A stretch of 64,000 nt of DNA from Zygnema circumcarinatum SAG 698-1b. Its lineage: Eukaryota; Plantae; Zygnematophyceae. The position numbers and the translations under genes are program-made. The notes beneath the pieces are model-generated. The model searched no databases and was not told the DNA's origin. It worked only from the letters and a program-made list of their open reading frames with translations. Each line of letters starts with the position of its first letter. Within the stretch, counting starts at the first letter, position 1. Below are positions 1 through 12,935 of the stretch, piece by piece. Location of the stretch: positions 2,738,327 to 2,802,326 of the forward strand of contig CM074807.1 of NCBI GenBank assembly GCA_037447605.1. Reading direction: 5' to 3'.

Positions 1-3000
1 AAGGATGGGATAGATGAACCTGGATATAACACACTGCACATGTTTGTAAAAGGGCGCGAGTCTAGTGAGCTTGGCGCCAACCTAGGAGTGAACATTTCTG
101 AAGTTGATTATCAGCAGGAACGTAAGGGGAGTTACATCAGTGTGCCTGAGAAAGTCCTCACTGGAGACTCTCCCAAACCGGAATGTAGTGGGAGCTTCAA
201 AGTCGTAGGCTCAGGAGATGGCAAGTTCTCGAGTACACAGCCGCGAGACTCCATCCAACAGCTGCCAGAACCAATAAGAGGAGGACTTTCTCTATTGCAG
301 GAAAAGCCGCTTGTGGTTCTTTTGGGAGGGCCACCCGGTAGTGGTAAAAGCACATTTTGCGAAAGAATGATGAAGAATGCTTTGCGTCCATGGACAAGAA
401 TTTGTCAGGTAATGCATTTTTTGGCTATTGTTGGCCACCGCCTTCATGAGAACACTATTTGATTTTAAGGAAACGATTTTGGGAACTTCAATTTTTCATA
501 TGGCCTTGAATTTCAGTTTTTACTCTGTGTTAAACGCGTTGGACAACCATTACTCTGGACGGTTGCATGTACACGAAGCGTATTAGTTCTTTCCGTATGC
601 TTCACAACTCCGATATCTCTCATACTGTATTCTCATGCCTTTCCAACTTCTTCAAAGCCGTCGTGTCCCCAGGACTTCATTGTGCACCAGCAACGAGCAT
701 TAGTACAAATGCGGGGTGTGCCTTGTTTTTTCACCTCAAAAGCGGGTTATATCTGCGTACAATCTGCCGCTAGCTTTCCATCTGAAATGGACTGAGTGTT
801 TGCAGTGATGGCTGTGCTGCAGGATGTCATTGCAAATGGAAAACGAGGGAGTCGGAAGCAGTGCTTAAAGTTTGCAAAAGCTGCTTTATCTTCTGGAAAT
901 TCTGTGCTGATCGATCGCTGCAATATGAATGTCGAGCAGCGTGCTGACTTTGTGACTTTGGCTGCGAACATGGATGCGGAAGCGCATGCAGTTTTTTTTG
1001 GCCTTCCTCTCAGAGTGTGCATCGCCCGAGCGACAGAACGGCGATCACACGAGGGGGGGTTAGAGGTGATTGCTGAAGCTCAGCTACAGTCAATGGCTGA
1101 ATTTCTTAAGACTGTCTACCGGGCTGTAGAGAGCTGAATTCGTGTTGGAGGCAGTTTTGGGCGTTGTGGTCACGCATTTTCTCGATGGGGAACAGACTCC
1201 GGCAAAAAATGGTTAGAGTTGAAGCTGATGGAAGAGAATGCAAGGTCTGCTGTTCTGCTATTCCTGACCACGACTTCACTCTTCCTTTCAGAGTTTCTCG
1301 TTATTCTATTCTAAGAACTGAATGGGGCTGGAAGATTGTTGTGTGGCAACTTGCTATGCAGCCTTTCGGCTGGATATGCCTCGACCTCGACTGAACAGAT
1401 AATGTTTGACTGTGATGTTCCGGCAGGGACCAACAGCGGAAAGGATTGTGAGAATGACACATCGAAGTCGGTGCTTTCCAGTTCTAGAAGAGGGCTTTCA
1501 CAGAGTCACTATTTGTCAATCTGATAGTGAGGTTGATTCTATCATGAAGCTTTATAAGCAGCTCACACCGAATGATAAGCTACCAGGCGGCATTCATGGG
1601 ACCCTTCCAAAGGTGGGACAGACTCGAATGAAGAAGCCAAACCAGTCAGGCAACCTTTCAGGGTCTCCTCCTGGGGTGGGTTGCGGACTTGTAGGAAGTA
1701 AAAATAGTGGTGGAGTGAAGAAGATCAAGATCATGCAGGAAGAAAGAGACTGCGGACACGATCAGCCTGGAACTATGGGTATTCAATCAAATCATCCAGT
1801 TCTTTTTGTGAAGGGACGTGACCGGAGGACTTGTGCTGGCAAGGACGCTGAGCAGAGTGAAGGAAACAAACGAAGTGGTGGAGGCGACAGTCAGCACGGT
1901 GGTGTAAGGAATGATGATCAGCAGGCTCAGCCACTGGCTGCTACAGAAAGCGATGATCAGCAGGTCATATCCGGAGGCCGCTCCTAATTTTTTATGTATG
2001 TGCTGCTTTGCTTGAAATGAAACATGTGAAGTACAGAGGTCTGTTAACATCCACATAGTTTTTGTTGGAACACAAAAGACATGAGCCTCAGACAAAGAGA
2101 CTATTTATAACGCAACATATTCACACCTGACATGGCTGGCATTCAGGCTGTAAACTCATTTCCTTTATTCTCGATATCACACTTTTTTCTCCAGTTCATT
2201 CAGATTTCACGTCACTTATTTGAGGATCAGCATAAATCCCCATTTCAAAGGCCATATCTCCTTGTTTTTCTCTGATTATTCATCCCATGACTTCCCACGA
2301 ACTCAAGTGAAGTAATCGTGTAGTCCAATAAAAATGGCTGGACAAGTGACCCTTGCGTCTGGTATTGCAGACATGTGGCTTTCCCAATACCACCCTGGTT
2401 TCTGAAAGTCAACGTGCCTCAGGGCGCAACGCGACGATTTCCTTTCTCGCTTTTCCATCTCTCTCCACTTCCACTTTCAAGTTTGACCACGAGAAGGCGG
2501 CTTCTGTCATTGTTGAAGAAGCAAGCGAGTTTCTGGAAGACAAGCGACATGAAGGGTTGGGGCTTGTGTTGGTGGACCTGGCCCCCAATTCGTCTATGCT
2601 CACAAAGGTTGGTAACATGGCGCGGAAAAGGAAGCTGGATTCACTTCGTTTTCAGCTCTTTGCGGGGGATATTACTAAATTGCGCTCTTTGGGAGGCCCC
2701 CCATGCCATGTGATTGCTAATGCGACCAATCGGTAAGCACCAGCAGGATAATTCATTCCAGAGGGTCGTTTGTAATTTTTGTTGAATTATGTCGAGATAG
2801 GTTTCCTCCTGCATTATTGACTGTCCAGAAGTGAGGTAGGATCGTGTAAGTGTAATCAATAAGCGGTGCGCTTCTTGGACTGCTATGGTAATGCAGAACA
2901 AGATTGCGGTATCAGAAGTAGCATTTGTTGGCTGTTTTGGAGCAGGACGTTAAAGGAAGGCGGGGGTGGAGTAAATGCGGCCATCCACGCTGCAGCAGGA

Positions 3001-4831
3001 CCGGAGTTGGTGCAGGCCACAAAGCAGAAGGCACGAACCATCTCTACTGGATCATCGTTGGCTGTTTCACTCTCACCATCAAATCCTTTGCGGGCCTCTG
3101 AAGGAATCACGCATATAATTCATGTTCTTGGGCCCAACATGAACCCACGTCATCCAGATTGTCTGTCCAATGACTACATGGAGGGCGTGGACCTCCTTCA
3201 TTCTGCCTACCGGTCACTTTTTGCTACTTTTGCTGAGGTTTCGAAGGAGGACAGCAATGCGAGCGACGAGAGATTGGTTACATCTGTAATTGTCTCAGAA
3301 CCCAGCCAACTGTCACTTAGTGCTGGAAGCAATTTACAGGCAGGACAATCGAATCACCAAACTGTGGAATCGAGAGAATTGGAGAGGAATAAGCTCCCAT
3401 CGAACGCGTTTGATGTTTTGATGCATGCCTCTAAAAGAAAAGGGGCCTGGAATCAAGAAGTCGGTGGTACAAGCAAGCGCGTGCAAGGGGGAGAAATTGG
3501 AGCACAAGGGAGGAAAACGGTTGAAAACCGATTACAACATGAATCCTTGGCAGGTGGATCTACTGGGGTACAAGTTGAATGTTCTGAAGAACCTACTGTA
3601 GACACCAATACCTTTGGCAGGACCATCAGCTTGTTAACTGGAAAGACCCACATCCATACTGAAGTAACAGGTATGCAGAGCTCAGGGCAGGGAAGTGCTG
3701 GAGGAGAATGTGCAATACCAGGGCTTGAGAGCAGCAATCGTGAAGCTGCCGCCTCTGCTGATATGAAGCAACAGCATGGAAAGGTTCGATCAACACAGGG
3801 AGGAGAGCAAGTAGAGCCAGTCAATTATCGGTCGGGAGGTGGAAGCAATGATGCCGGATTTGAAAGTGGAATGCATGGACGATCAGGAAGAATAGGTGAA
3901 GGAAGTGGGGACGAGGATGACGGTGGGGGTGACAGAAAACGCACAGTTGGTGGTGGAGGCTGGGCAGACGGGCTGCGGGACATTGCGCTACATCCTGAAC
4001 GGCATAAGGAAGCTGTGCTTGAGTGGGATGACAGGGTAGTGATTATCAAGGACCTTTACCCCAAAGTGAGTCCTTGCAGGCAGTGATGAATTCAGGCACC
4101 GTCCGCGCTTTAATTGTTTATCACATTCTCCATGTTTTATAGTTTGGAAGTGAATACGTGTGAGCTTGTTTTGAGAGTAAGCTAACCCCATGTTGCTTTC
4201 CAGGCTAAACGCCATGTACTGGTGATCAGTCGAGAAAGCGGACTTGATCGTATTTCCGAGGCTGGAAGAGGGCACTTGCCATTACTTCGTCACATGGAGA
4301 CATTAGGTTCCAAATGGGCAGCCACTTATCAAGAAACAGATCCATCCCTAAGATTTCGGCTTGGTTACCACTTAGTAAGCTTCAGATCTCTTTGATTTTC
4401 TTTCGGAACCTGCCCAGGTGATTGCCTGGTTATGCTCGATGTTCAGTATTCTCATTATGTTACATGCTTTGCCAGCCTTTGTCGGTGGTCTGGAACTGAC
4501 AAATATGTGACTCTCCATCTACTCGATGTGCCCTTCGATCTTCCAGGACCCGTCCATGAGACAGCTTCACCTCCACGTGATCAGCCAAGATTTTGACTCT
4601 GCCCACTTGAAGAATAAGAAGCATTGGAACTCTTTCACCAGCCCTTTTTTCCTTGACTCGAAAGCAGCTTTGGCAATAATAGAGCAGAATGGGCGAGGCC
4701 CTTTTCTCAAGAAAGGGGAGGCGGAGGCCTTGTTGAAGCAGGCTCTGCGATGTCACAGGTGCCGCGGGGTGCAGCCAAACATGCCGCGGCTGAAGACACA
4801 TATCAAAATGTGCTCTGCATCCGCTCAATAG
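1..4831 (+). CDS. APTX: Aprataxin-like multidomain protein (P-loop kinase + Macro + HIT + C2HE zinc finger; plant bHLH140/APTX type), 5'-truncated by window edge
   Basis: Frame is open from base 1. Walker A GPPGSGKST then WTRICQ|DVIANG (exons ~1-408, 823-1065). Macro motifs FQLFAGDITKL, GGGGVNAAIHAAAG and HIIHVLGPNMNP. HIT region IKDLYPK|AKRHVLV...PSMRQLHLHVISQDF. C-terminal LRCHRC...NMPRLKTHIKMC, stop at 4831. Confidence 0.9.
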
Positions 4832-5674
4832 GACTGTGTCTCTTTAGATGGGGTTCTTATTCTGTGTGTACAGGCTGCTCCTAGAGGGATGTGATTTGAG
4901 TGTGCCTGGGGGAGATGGGAATCATAGGCTGAGCCTCACCAGGCTTTGGTGGGCATGGTCGTCTCTGTTTGAGGAAGCCATGCGTTAGCTGTTTATAGGG
5001 TTAATGACAATAGTCTCTACTCTCTAGGGTGGTTAATTTTCAGTGTGAATGAACACTCCTATCAACACCTAAAAACTTTTTCGATGGAAACAGCAACAGA
5101 AGTTGTGCTTGAGACTTTATGACTCCTACACAAAGCTTAGCTTCGTGAAATAAAGCAAGAAAGTGATGCACTGGGGCAATTGTCATTCCGGATTCGAAAC
5201 ATGGAGGTTTTGCGCTATGGTCTGGAAACAGAGGCACTGTATTGGTAGCCGACAATGATGTGGGGAAAGCTACTGTTGCCTTGCGTATGCGTGCACGCCC
5301 TGAGGGCAAGAAAACTCATGCAGGGCAGAAAATGTATAAGACAATGCGTGAAGGAAGCAAGAAGCGCAGTACCATCCTCCACCCCTTCCCCTTGCGGCCA
5401 TTGTCCCGTGCTCACAAGTTGGCATGTGCTGTGGGGCTCGAGGGAGCTGTCAGCTGTCGGAAAGTGGGTGCCATCCATGTCCCCCAATTCGCCAATCTGC
5501 TGCATTCGACGCTCGGATCCAAAACCAATCTTCATGAGATCAATGCCACAACTTTTGGTAATGTTCGTCTTCCGAAAAATTCCGACAAATGCACATTTGT
5601 TCATCAGAAGGACGAAGGCAGTTCGTGCGCCGAAGTGTGAATATATTTGGATGGCCGAGTTGAGAAGAGGAAAA

Positions 5675-5773
5675 TGGCATTGATCTCACGATGGCGAGGA
5701 TGCCATCAAATATACATGCACAAAAGCAGCATGGGAAACCACGAGGGACTGGTCGCAAAGGACCCAAGCACAA
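5675..5773 (+). repeat. Dispersed ~100-bp repeat, copy 1
   Basis: tggcattgatctcacgatggcgaggatgccatcaaatatacatgcacaaaagcagcatgggaaaccacgagggactggtcgcaaaggacccaagcacaa. Matches the copies at 16964, 22731 (rc), 49542 (rc) and 62119 (partial). Confidence 0.9.
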
Positions 5774-6321
5774 ACGAACTCCCCCCCGTGTTGGGGTTGT
5801 GAGCTCGAGCTCAGGGAGCCTTCCTCAGTTGTGACAGCACCGCTTTTGTGAGGTCAATGCCACATCCATCCCTTCCTCTTCCTGTAAACAAGAAGGTGCG
5901 GCTCTCAAAGTCTCAAAGCGTTCCTTCAGGGAGAACGACGCGCTTCTAGATTGAGCGGCAAGAATTAGAGTGAAAGAGGGGAGAACGTTGGAGGAAGCTT
6001 TAAGTGAGAGGCGGGTCTGAGGAGAGAGCATAGGAGCCATAGGTGCGCTAAAGAAACTGGTGGGGAAGAGAGTGCAAGCGCAAGAGGAGGGGAGAGGGGA
6101 GTGAGTTACGCGGGGAAGTGGGAGCGAGGGAGAAGCGAGAGAACGAGGGAAGAGCGAGGGCTATACGGTAGAAGGTGGTGCTTTTGAGAGGTACGAAGAG
6201 GTTTGCAGGACGCACGGGAGGGGAGGCGGGCATCGCATGGCATCTGAGGAGGGTGTGGGACGGTCATCTTCTTCCAACCACGGCTTGGGTGCGCCATCGC
6301 GCTGCAGGAAACGCCCTGGCC

Positions 6322-9300
6322 ATGGCCGCCGGGGCTTCTGGAAGCACCTCGGCTGCCGCCTTTCTGCCTCGGGGCCGTTCAGGAGGGCTCGCGCAGTTTA
6401 GCAGAGCCATGGCGGGGAGAGCCCTGCCAGAGCCGCGTGACGGGCAGTAAGTGTTCTGCAGGCTTTTCGCACCTACGGTTCAAGGAACGTGTTCTGAAGT
6501 GTAATTCAAGCGAAGGTCAGGGTCTGAATTATAGGGTTTGGTGCTGTTTTGAGTCCTAAGGTTGGCTTAGAAGCATGTTTGGCGAGCACGTTTCGATTGC
6601 AATAACTTGTCATTGGTATTGATGTCTCCATAATAACAAGCCATGCCATTTCTTCCCATGTTTCATTTTAGTTGCTTTATCCGTTTTTATGATTCACTAC
6701 TTTCAAATACCTTCACAATGACCATCCTGTCGCTCCTGGTTGATGGTGTAGCAGGTCTAATTTTCAAAATTCAGATGAATCACAGTCCACGGCGAATGGA
6801 AACAGGAATTGGCTGCAAAATTTGGAGAAGCCAACCCTTCGACCTTCACGGAGCCCACTACTAGATACCAATAGACTGTCAATTGCCCCTGTCACAATAT
6901 CGAAATTTTATGAGCCCAACTCCACAGCAAGACTGTTGGGACAACAAAGGGATAAGGGAAGAGTTGTGAAAGGAATTGGGCAAGAATTTAGAAGCCAGAA
7001 TCCAAGAGGGCAGTTCTGGGCTTCTGGGCCAGAAGCCTCAGGGAGATCAAAACAGACGCCGAGGCCACTTGTTCGTATCCTTTACGATACTAACTTGTTG
7101 AGGAAAAAGATTCTTGAAAGCCGTGAGCACCTTCTTGAAATGGAGAGTGCTGATTCGCGCAGAGAGCAAATCACAACTCCAACTCCTAGTTTTAGCACAG
7201 TAGAGAATGCATATAGAAGAAAGAAAGAAAAGAAAGAAAGAAAAGAAGAAGAAGAAGAAAGGGAGAGGGTTCCGATGAATGGAAATAATTGGGGAAGAAG
7301 GAGAACAGAAGCAGAGGAGAGAGACTGGGCCGCGAAAGCTTTGCTTCCGCCATCACTTACTGCAGATGAAACAAAATTGAATGTCGAAACGTCGAACCAG
7401 TTAGGAGCTCCAAAGACACGTCCGAGGAGGGAGATAGTAGCGCTCAAGTTGGATATCCCACCCCCCGAATCAGCGAGGCTGGAACAAGGTGAAGACACTA
7501 ACTCCAAGAGTATGAGGCAACGGGGGAGCATGGGGGATGAGGAAAACAGGAGAGAACTTGGAGGGAGTACGAAGGAAGAGCTGAACGCTGATAATGGGGA
7601 CAACGATGCTACAACAAGAGAAGACTCGGAACACATGATGCCGATGGACCAGGCAAGGGTGGAGCTGAAGCCCCGTCCAAATGAGTCTGTGTTAATCGTG
7701 GAGACAGCAGAGGATGCTCACAGAGTTGCACAGCTGCTCTTGAAGGAGCATCGCCACAGAATTCATGCCTGTGATACAGAGGTGCGTAGTGAGCCGGATT
7801 CAACAGTCTTGGGCATTATGTTTGTTGACTAACAGCCAAAGGACTCCGACGAAGTGTTTGTGTGCATCAGCACTCTGCAAGTCGTGAGTATTTTGCTGCT
7901 GAATTAAATGGATTGTGTTGATAATTGACATTGTTCAGGTAACTGGTATAAATTTGAAAAAGGAGAGCCCGGTTGGGCACGGTCGCCTGGTATGCTTCTC
8001 CATATATTGTGGGCCAGGAGTGGATTTTGGAGATGGCCATAGCTGCATCTGGGTGGATGTTCTTGGTGGAGGAGAGGGTACTCTCAAAGCATTCCAGCCC
8101 TACTTTGAAGACAAGGAGGTGAAGAAGGTACGTTTGTGCTATGCTGGCCTTTCTTCTCTCTTTTTTCTGTGCCTTATTTCCGGCAGGAGGGCGGGTGTTT
8201 GTAAATAACGTACAAGATTTTGATGCTCCCGTGAAGCAACTGCTGTTTTTCAAGCATGAATATTATCAGAAACGTAGCTTCTGATGAAGGAATGAATGAT
8301 TCGGTTTGCAGGTATGGCACAATTACAGCTTTGACTACCACATTCTCGCGAACCACGGAATTAGAGCGCAAGGTTTTTATGCAGACACCATGCACATGGC
8401 TCGCCTGTACGACACATCGCGAAAGGGAAAGAGCGGAGGATACACGCTTGAAGCTCTCACGAAAGAAAGACAGGTTATGAATGGAAGCAAGAATAGAGCG
8501 GGCTTGCAAGATGTATGGGACGATGAGGAAGTTCTCAAGCCCAAACGATCCTTGAAGGAATTGTTTGGAGTGAAGCAAAAAAAGAAAAATGGTATTGAAG
8601 GCAAATTGGTAGTGGTGCCTGCCATTTCGGCCATCCAGGTGAACATGGTTCTACCACTTCACCAAATGATAACCACATTTCTTCCTAGTTGTCTCAGGAC
8701 TTTATTGTACCAGATTGCTTCATAGAACTCCTTAACCATTTTGCAGAATCCCACTAGAGGCTGGGCAAACAGTTTGACCACGTGAAACTCCTTTTCCCGT
8801 TTCCCTTCTTATTTTTCTCTTTATACAGTCGTGAGTCAATTTTTGCTGTCCCGTTGTTTTCCAGGAGTGAGTGTACCCCTTTAAGAGAGACCCTTACCTT
8901 GTTCTGAACCCACCTTGGGGTGTTGGGAGAGCGGCAGACTGACTCCAATGAACGTTCAAATTGGATCGACTACTCCACATTCGACACTGTCAGCACTTTC
9001 CTCCTATGGCGCAGCTTGCAGCGGAAACTCAATGACATGTCTGAAAACAAGTGGAGCAGCCTATACTCAGAGGAGCAGGGCACCCTGTACGACTTCTACC
9101 AGCGCTATTGGCGGCCCTTTGCCGAAGTTCTGATAGGAATGGAGAGGGAGGGGATGCTGGTCGACCGCGACCATTTGGCAGCCATGGAGAGGAAGGCTCG
9201 GCAGCAGCAGGTTGCATCCGAGGAGAGTTTCAGGAAGTGGGCAAAGAAGCAGTGCCCCGAAGCAGAGTTCATGAACGTGGGGAGTGATGCGCAGATTCGG

Positions 9301-12300
9301 CAGCTGCTGTTTGGGGGCTGTGAGAATCCGTGCGACTCATCCTCAACTCTTGCAGAGAGAGGCTCAGAGGGAGGGGTGGAGTTTTTGCCAGTGCTAGAAA
9401 GCATCTGGTTTTGTTTGTGTGTATGGGAGTGTAGGGATGCATTAGGTGAAGGTCACAGGTTGGGTTGGGGTGCTTGGAAATCAGTAGGGAGGGGCAGTGA
9501 AGGTTGCAGTGATTGATTTGGGGCAATGTGTGTGGTAATGTAGATGCAGCACATTGGCATTTCTGAATGTAGCTTGCCAGTTGTTTCAAGGGGGGGACAG
9601 GAGACACTCTATTGCATGGCATAACGGGTGAAATTGGAATGCCCGATGATTCTTTCGTTCTATCAGTTAGGCGCGGAAATGCTTTTTTTCGAGAATCTGG
9701 TTTTTGCGAATTCCTTAATTAGTACACTAACCGGAGTTATGGAGGAAGATGACAGGTAGGTAAGTTGCCCACAACTGTGTGCCACGACTGAAGATAGTCT
9801 GCTTACAGCACACCTCTACTGGATGCAGGAAGCTCAAAGCCTGTTTGCTGCAGAAACGGGTGTTCAAAGTTCCGAATACGACGGGGTTCATTGAGGAGGG
9901 GAAGAAAAACCCCAAAAAGATGCGCCCCATCACTCTACGACGCATTGAATCCAACCTTCCGGAAGATCAGAGAACTGCATCAGGATGGCCCACAATAGGC
10001 GGTGCTATTCTCAAGAGGCTGGCGGGGGTATCCTTTGATTATACAACACTGGAGGAGGAGGAGGAGGAGGAGGAGGAGAGTGACAGTTCGGATAAGGGGG
10101 ACTTTACGACAGATTCAAATTCTGATACTGAGAGGAATGGTAGCCATGGACAGGGAATTGAGAACGATGTGGCTTTAAATGTCGCAGAGGCAGGGGAGGA
10201 TTCGGAATCTGTTGTTGGATTGGGTTCTGTAGTTGAGTTGGCTGCAGTGAATTCAGGGAGGAGCTTAAATCAGAATGGAGGAAGAGTATGGTGGGATATT
10301 GAGGCGGGGGATGGGGAGTGGACAGATGAGGAAGTCTCTGCGTTAGGGAATGCATCTGTTAAGGACCGGGAAAAATTGTTGGAGCTGAGAGGGAGAGAAG
10401 CGCGAAATGCGTTGGTCCAAGCAGGTGGTTTCTCCACGTATGTGAGAGCTTGGGGCGGTAGATTTATGGCTCAGTTGATGGAGAAACAGCAGGGTGCATA
10501 TGAAGGTGATGTTGTTTTAGGACGATCCTCATGTGAAAAGGTGCAGAAGGAAGCGCTACGTGACACTTCTGCGGAAGGAAACACCGTGCGTGCTCTTAAA
10601 GAAGAGACTCGTGACAACGTTGACAACACCATAAGCAATAGGCAGGACGACATTGCAAACGAGTTAAGGAAGTGTGAGGAGGAGCAGCGTGATATGCTTA
10701 AGTATGGCAAGGCGTATGAGGCTTTTGGGAAGGGAATGAGAGGGAGAGAGGCATGTTGGGCGTTTGCGGCATTGGTTGAAGTGGCTGCCATCAACACGCT
10801 CATATCCAACTTCCTTCTCCCACTCCAGGTAGGCATTGCAACAAACCGCTGCGAAGGAAGATAAGTTGTCACTTTGTTTTCCCATCGTAGCACATGGGTT
10901 TGTATATGTAAGTGGCATCAAGCCTGTATTGGTGAATGGCATTCAAGCTGGCAACCTGATCAAATATATGAAGTTAGTTCTGATGCAGTATACATTCTGC
11001 TGCATTTGCAGGGAACTGACATAATGGGGCCTACGAAAAGAGTGCACTGCTCTCTCAACATCAATACAGAGACAGGTCGTTTGTCTGCTCGGAAGCCAAG
11101 TCTGCAGGTATGGGTATAGATTGGACTGACAATGAGAAGTGTGAGAGACGGAGAGCCTCTGCATATGTCCCCTGTTGTGAGAGAATGCAAGTCATTATAT
11201 GAGAAACCTTTTTTTGAGTATGCTGATTCACAGAGCAATTTTTTCCTCATGACATCCATTGTCTGAAGCTTCTGATCTCCACAACCAGCACAAGTGATCT
11301 GAGAGATTATTTGTTGGAAGGACTTGTGCAGAACCAACCGGGCATGGAGAAGGATCGCTATTACATTCGCAAAGCCTTTACGGCGGCAGAAGGCTGTGCT
11401 TATGTTGTCGCTGACTATGGGCAGGTAAGCAATTTTTGTGCCAATGGATCCATTCATGTATACCTCATTTCAATACTCTACGTCGTCTGGTTGACGGAGT
11501 CCCCAACTTGACATCCTTCTTGCCGTAACTGTTTGGGAGCCAAAGTTAGAGAAACGAGACGTGTTGTGAACACTTATCCAGGAAGTAAAGCTACAACCGA
11601 GTTGACATTTCTTATGGGCAACTGTTTGGCAGCTTGAGCTGCGATTGCTCGCCCATCTTGCGAAGTGCAAGAGCATGCTGGAGGCTTTTCGGGCAGGAGG
11701 AGACTTCCATTCACGAACAGCAATGAACATGTATGTGAATGTGAGGAAAGCAGTCGATGCGGGAGAGGTCCTGCTCGAGTGGGACCCACAGCCTGGGCAG
11801 GAGAAACCACCAGTGCCTCTGCTGAAGGACAGGTTTCGGGCAGAGCGGCAGAAGGCCAAAATGCTCAACTTCTCTATTGCCTATGGGAAAACGGCTATGG
11901 GGATTGCCAAGGACTGGAAGGTGAAGCTCTCCTATACTCACATGTGTGAATCAACCTGAAAGAGGGTGAAATTTATGAATTTGACTTTGGTTTTGACAAT
12001 TGCCACGTTTGGGAGGTTGTAGGTGTCGAAACTTGAGGCAGAAGCAACCCTTGAACTGTGGTATAGAGATCGCCCCGAGGTTCGGCAATGGCAGCAGGAG
12101 AGAGTTGAAGAGGCGAAAAGGACGAACCGGGTGCATACATTACTTGGAAGGCCTCGCCATCTGCCCGAAATTAATTCGGACAAGCTGCACATTGCTTCTC
12201 ACTATGAGAGAGCGGCTATTAATACTCCCGTCCAGGTGAGCCGAGTTCTGCACATGTGGTATGGATGTTCGGAGAATGAACGAATGGCAGGATCGACCTT

Positions 12301-12935
12301 GTCTCTATGATGTAAGGGAACAAAAAGCTAGAAATGAAAAGTTGCATACTGCCAGACAGCGACACTTATCACATCTTAGGAGCTGCATATTGATGCAGAA
12401 AGGGGTGTACATGTCCATGATGCATCAAAATGTATGCTTAATGTGACTTTCCATTGTGGTACATCGGAAGCATGTAAAGTGAAGCTTTGTCCATCTTATT
12501 GACCTTTTAAGGTTGGTTGAGGCGGCTGCAGGGCAGCGCTGCAGATGTAGCCATGCTTGCAATGCTGAGACTGAACGCTAGTGAGGAGCTGGCAGCTCTT
12601 GGCTACAAACTGCTGCTTCAGGTGAGGGGAAGCTTCTCTCTTCATCACACACAAGGTGTAGAAAAGCTTCTAACGCACACGTTGGGGCCGTAATGTGTAT
12701 CTGTTGATGCTGCATGGCCTGACTGGAGTGAAGAGTGGAGTTGCCACAGGTCCACGATGAAGTCATTTTGGAGGGCCCTGCGGAGCATGTAGAAAGGGCC
12801 CAAGAGCTTGTTGTGGACTGCATGGCGCATCCCTTTCCAGAACAGCCGGGCGACTTTTCTTCGGGGAAAAATTGCCTCTTGGTGGAACTCGTGGTGGACG
12901 CCAAGCACGCCCAGGACTGGTATTCTGCAAAGTGA
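6322..12935 (+). CDS. POLIA: Plant organellar DNA polymerase I (POP, PolIA/PolIB type): 3'-5' exonuclease + family A polymerase, multi-exon
   Basis: HACDTE (ExoI), CIWVDVL, WHNYSFDYH, FYADTMHMARL, GMLVDRDHL, NVGSDAQIRQLLF, HCSLNINTETGRLSARKPSLQ, NQPGMEKDRY, VADYGQ|LELRLLAHL, RQKAKMLNFSIAYGK, ERAAINTPVQ|GSAAD, VHDEVILEGP, DWYSAK*. The start (ATG 6322, transit-peptide-like MAAGASGSTSAAAFLPR) and first intron boundaries are uncertain. PolIA vs PolIB cannot be distinguished. Confidence 0.93.

Noticed and set aside
5040-5683. Overlapping 130-140-aa ORFs between APTX and Pol I considered as a transposase remnant
   Set aside because: No DDE, hAT-dimerization or RT motif could be supported.
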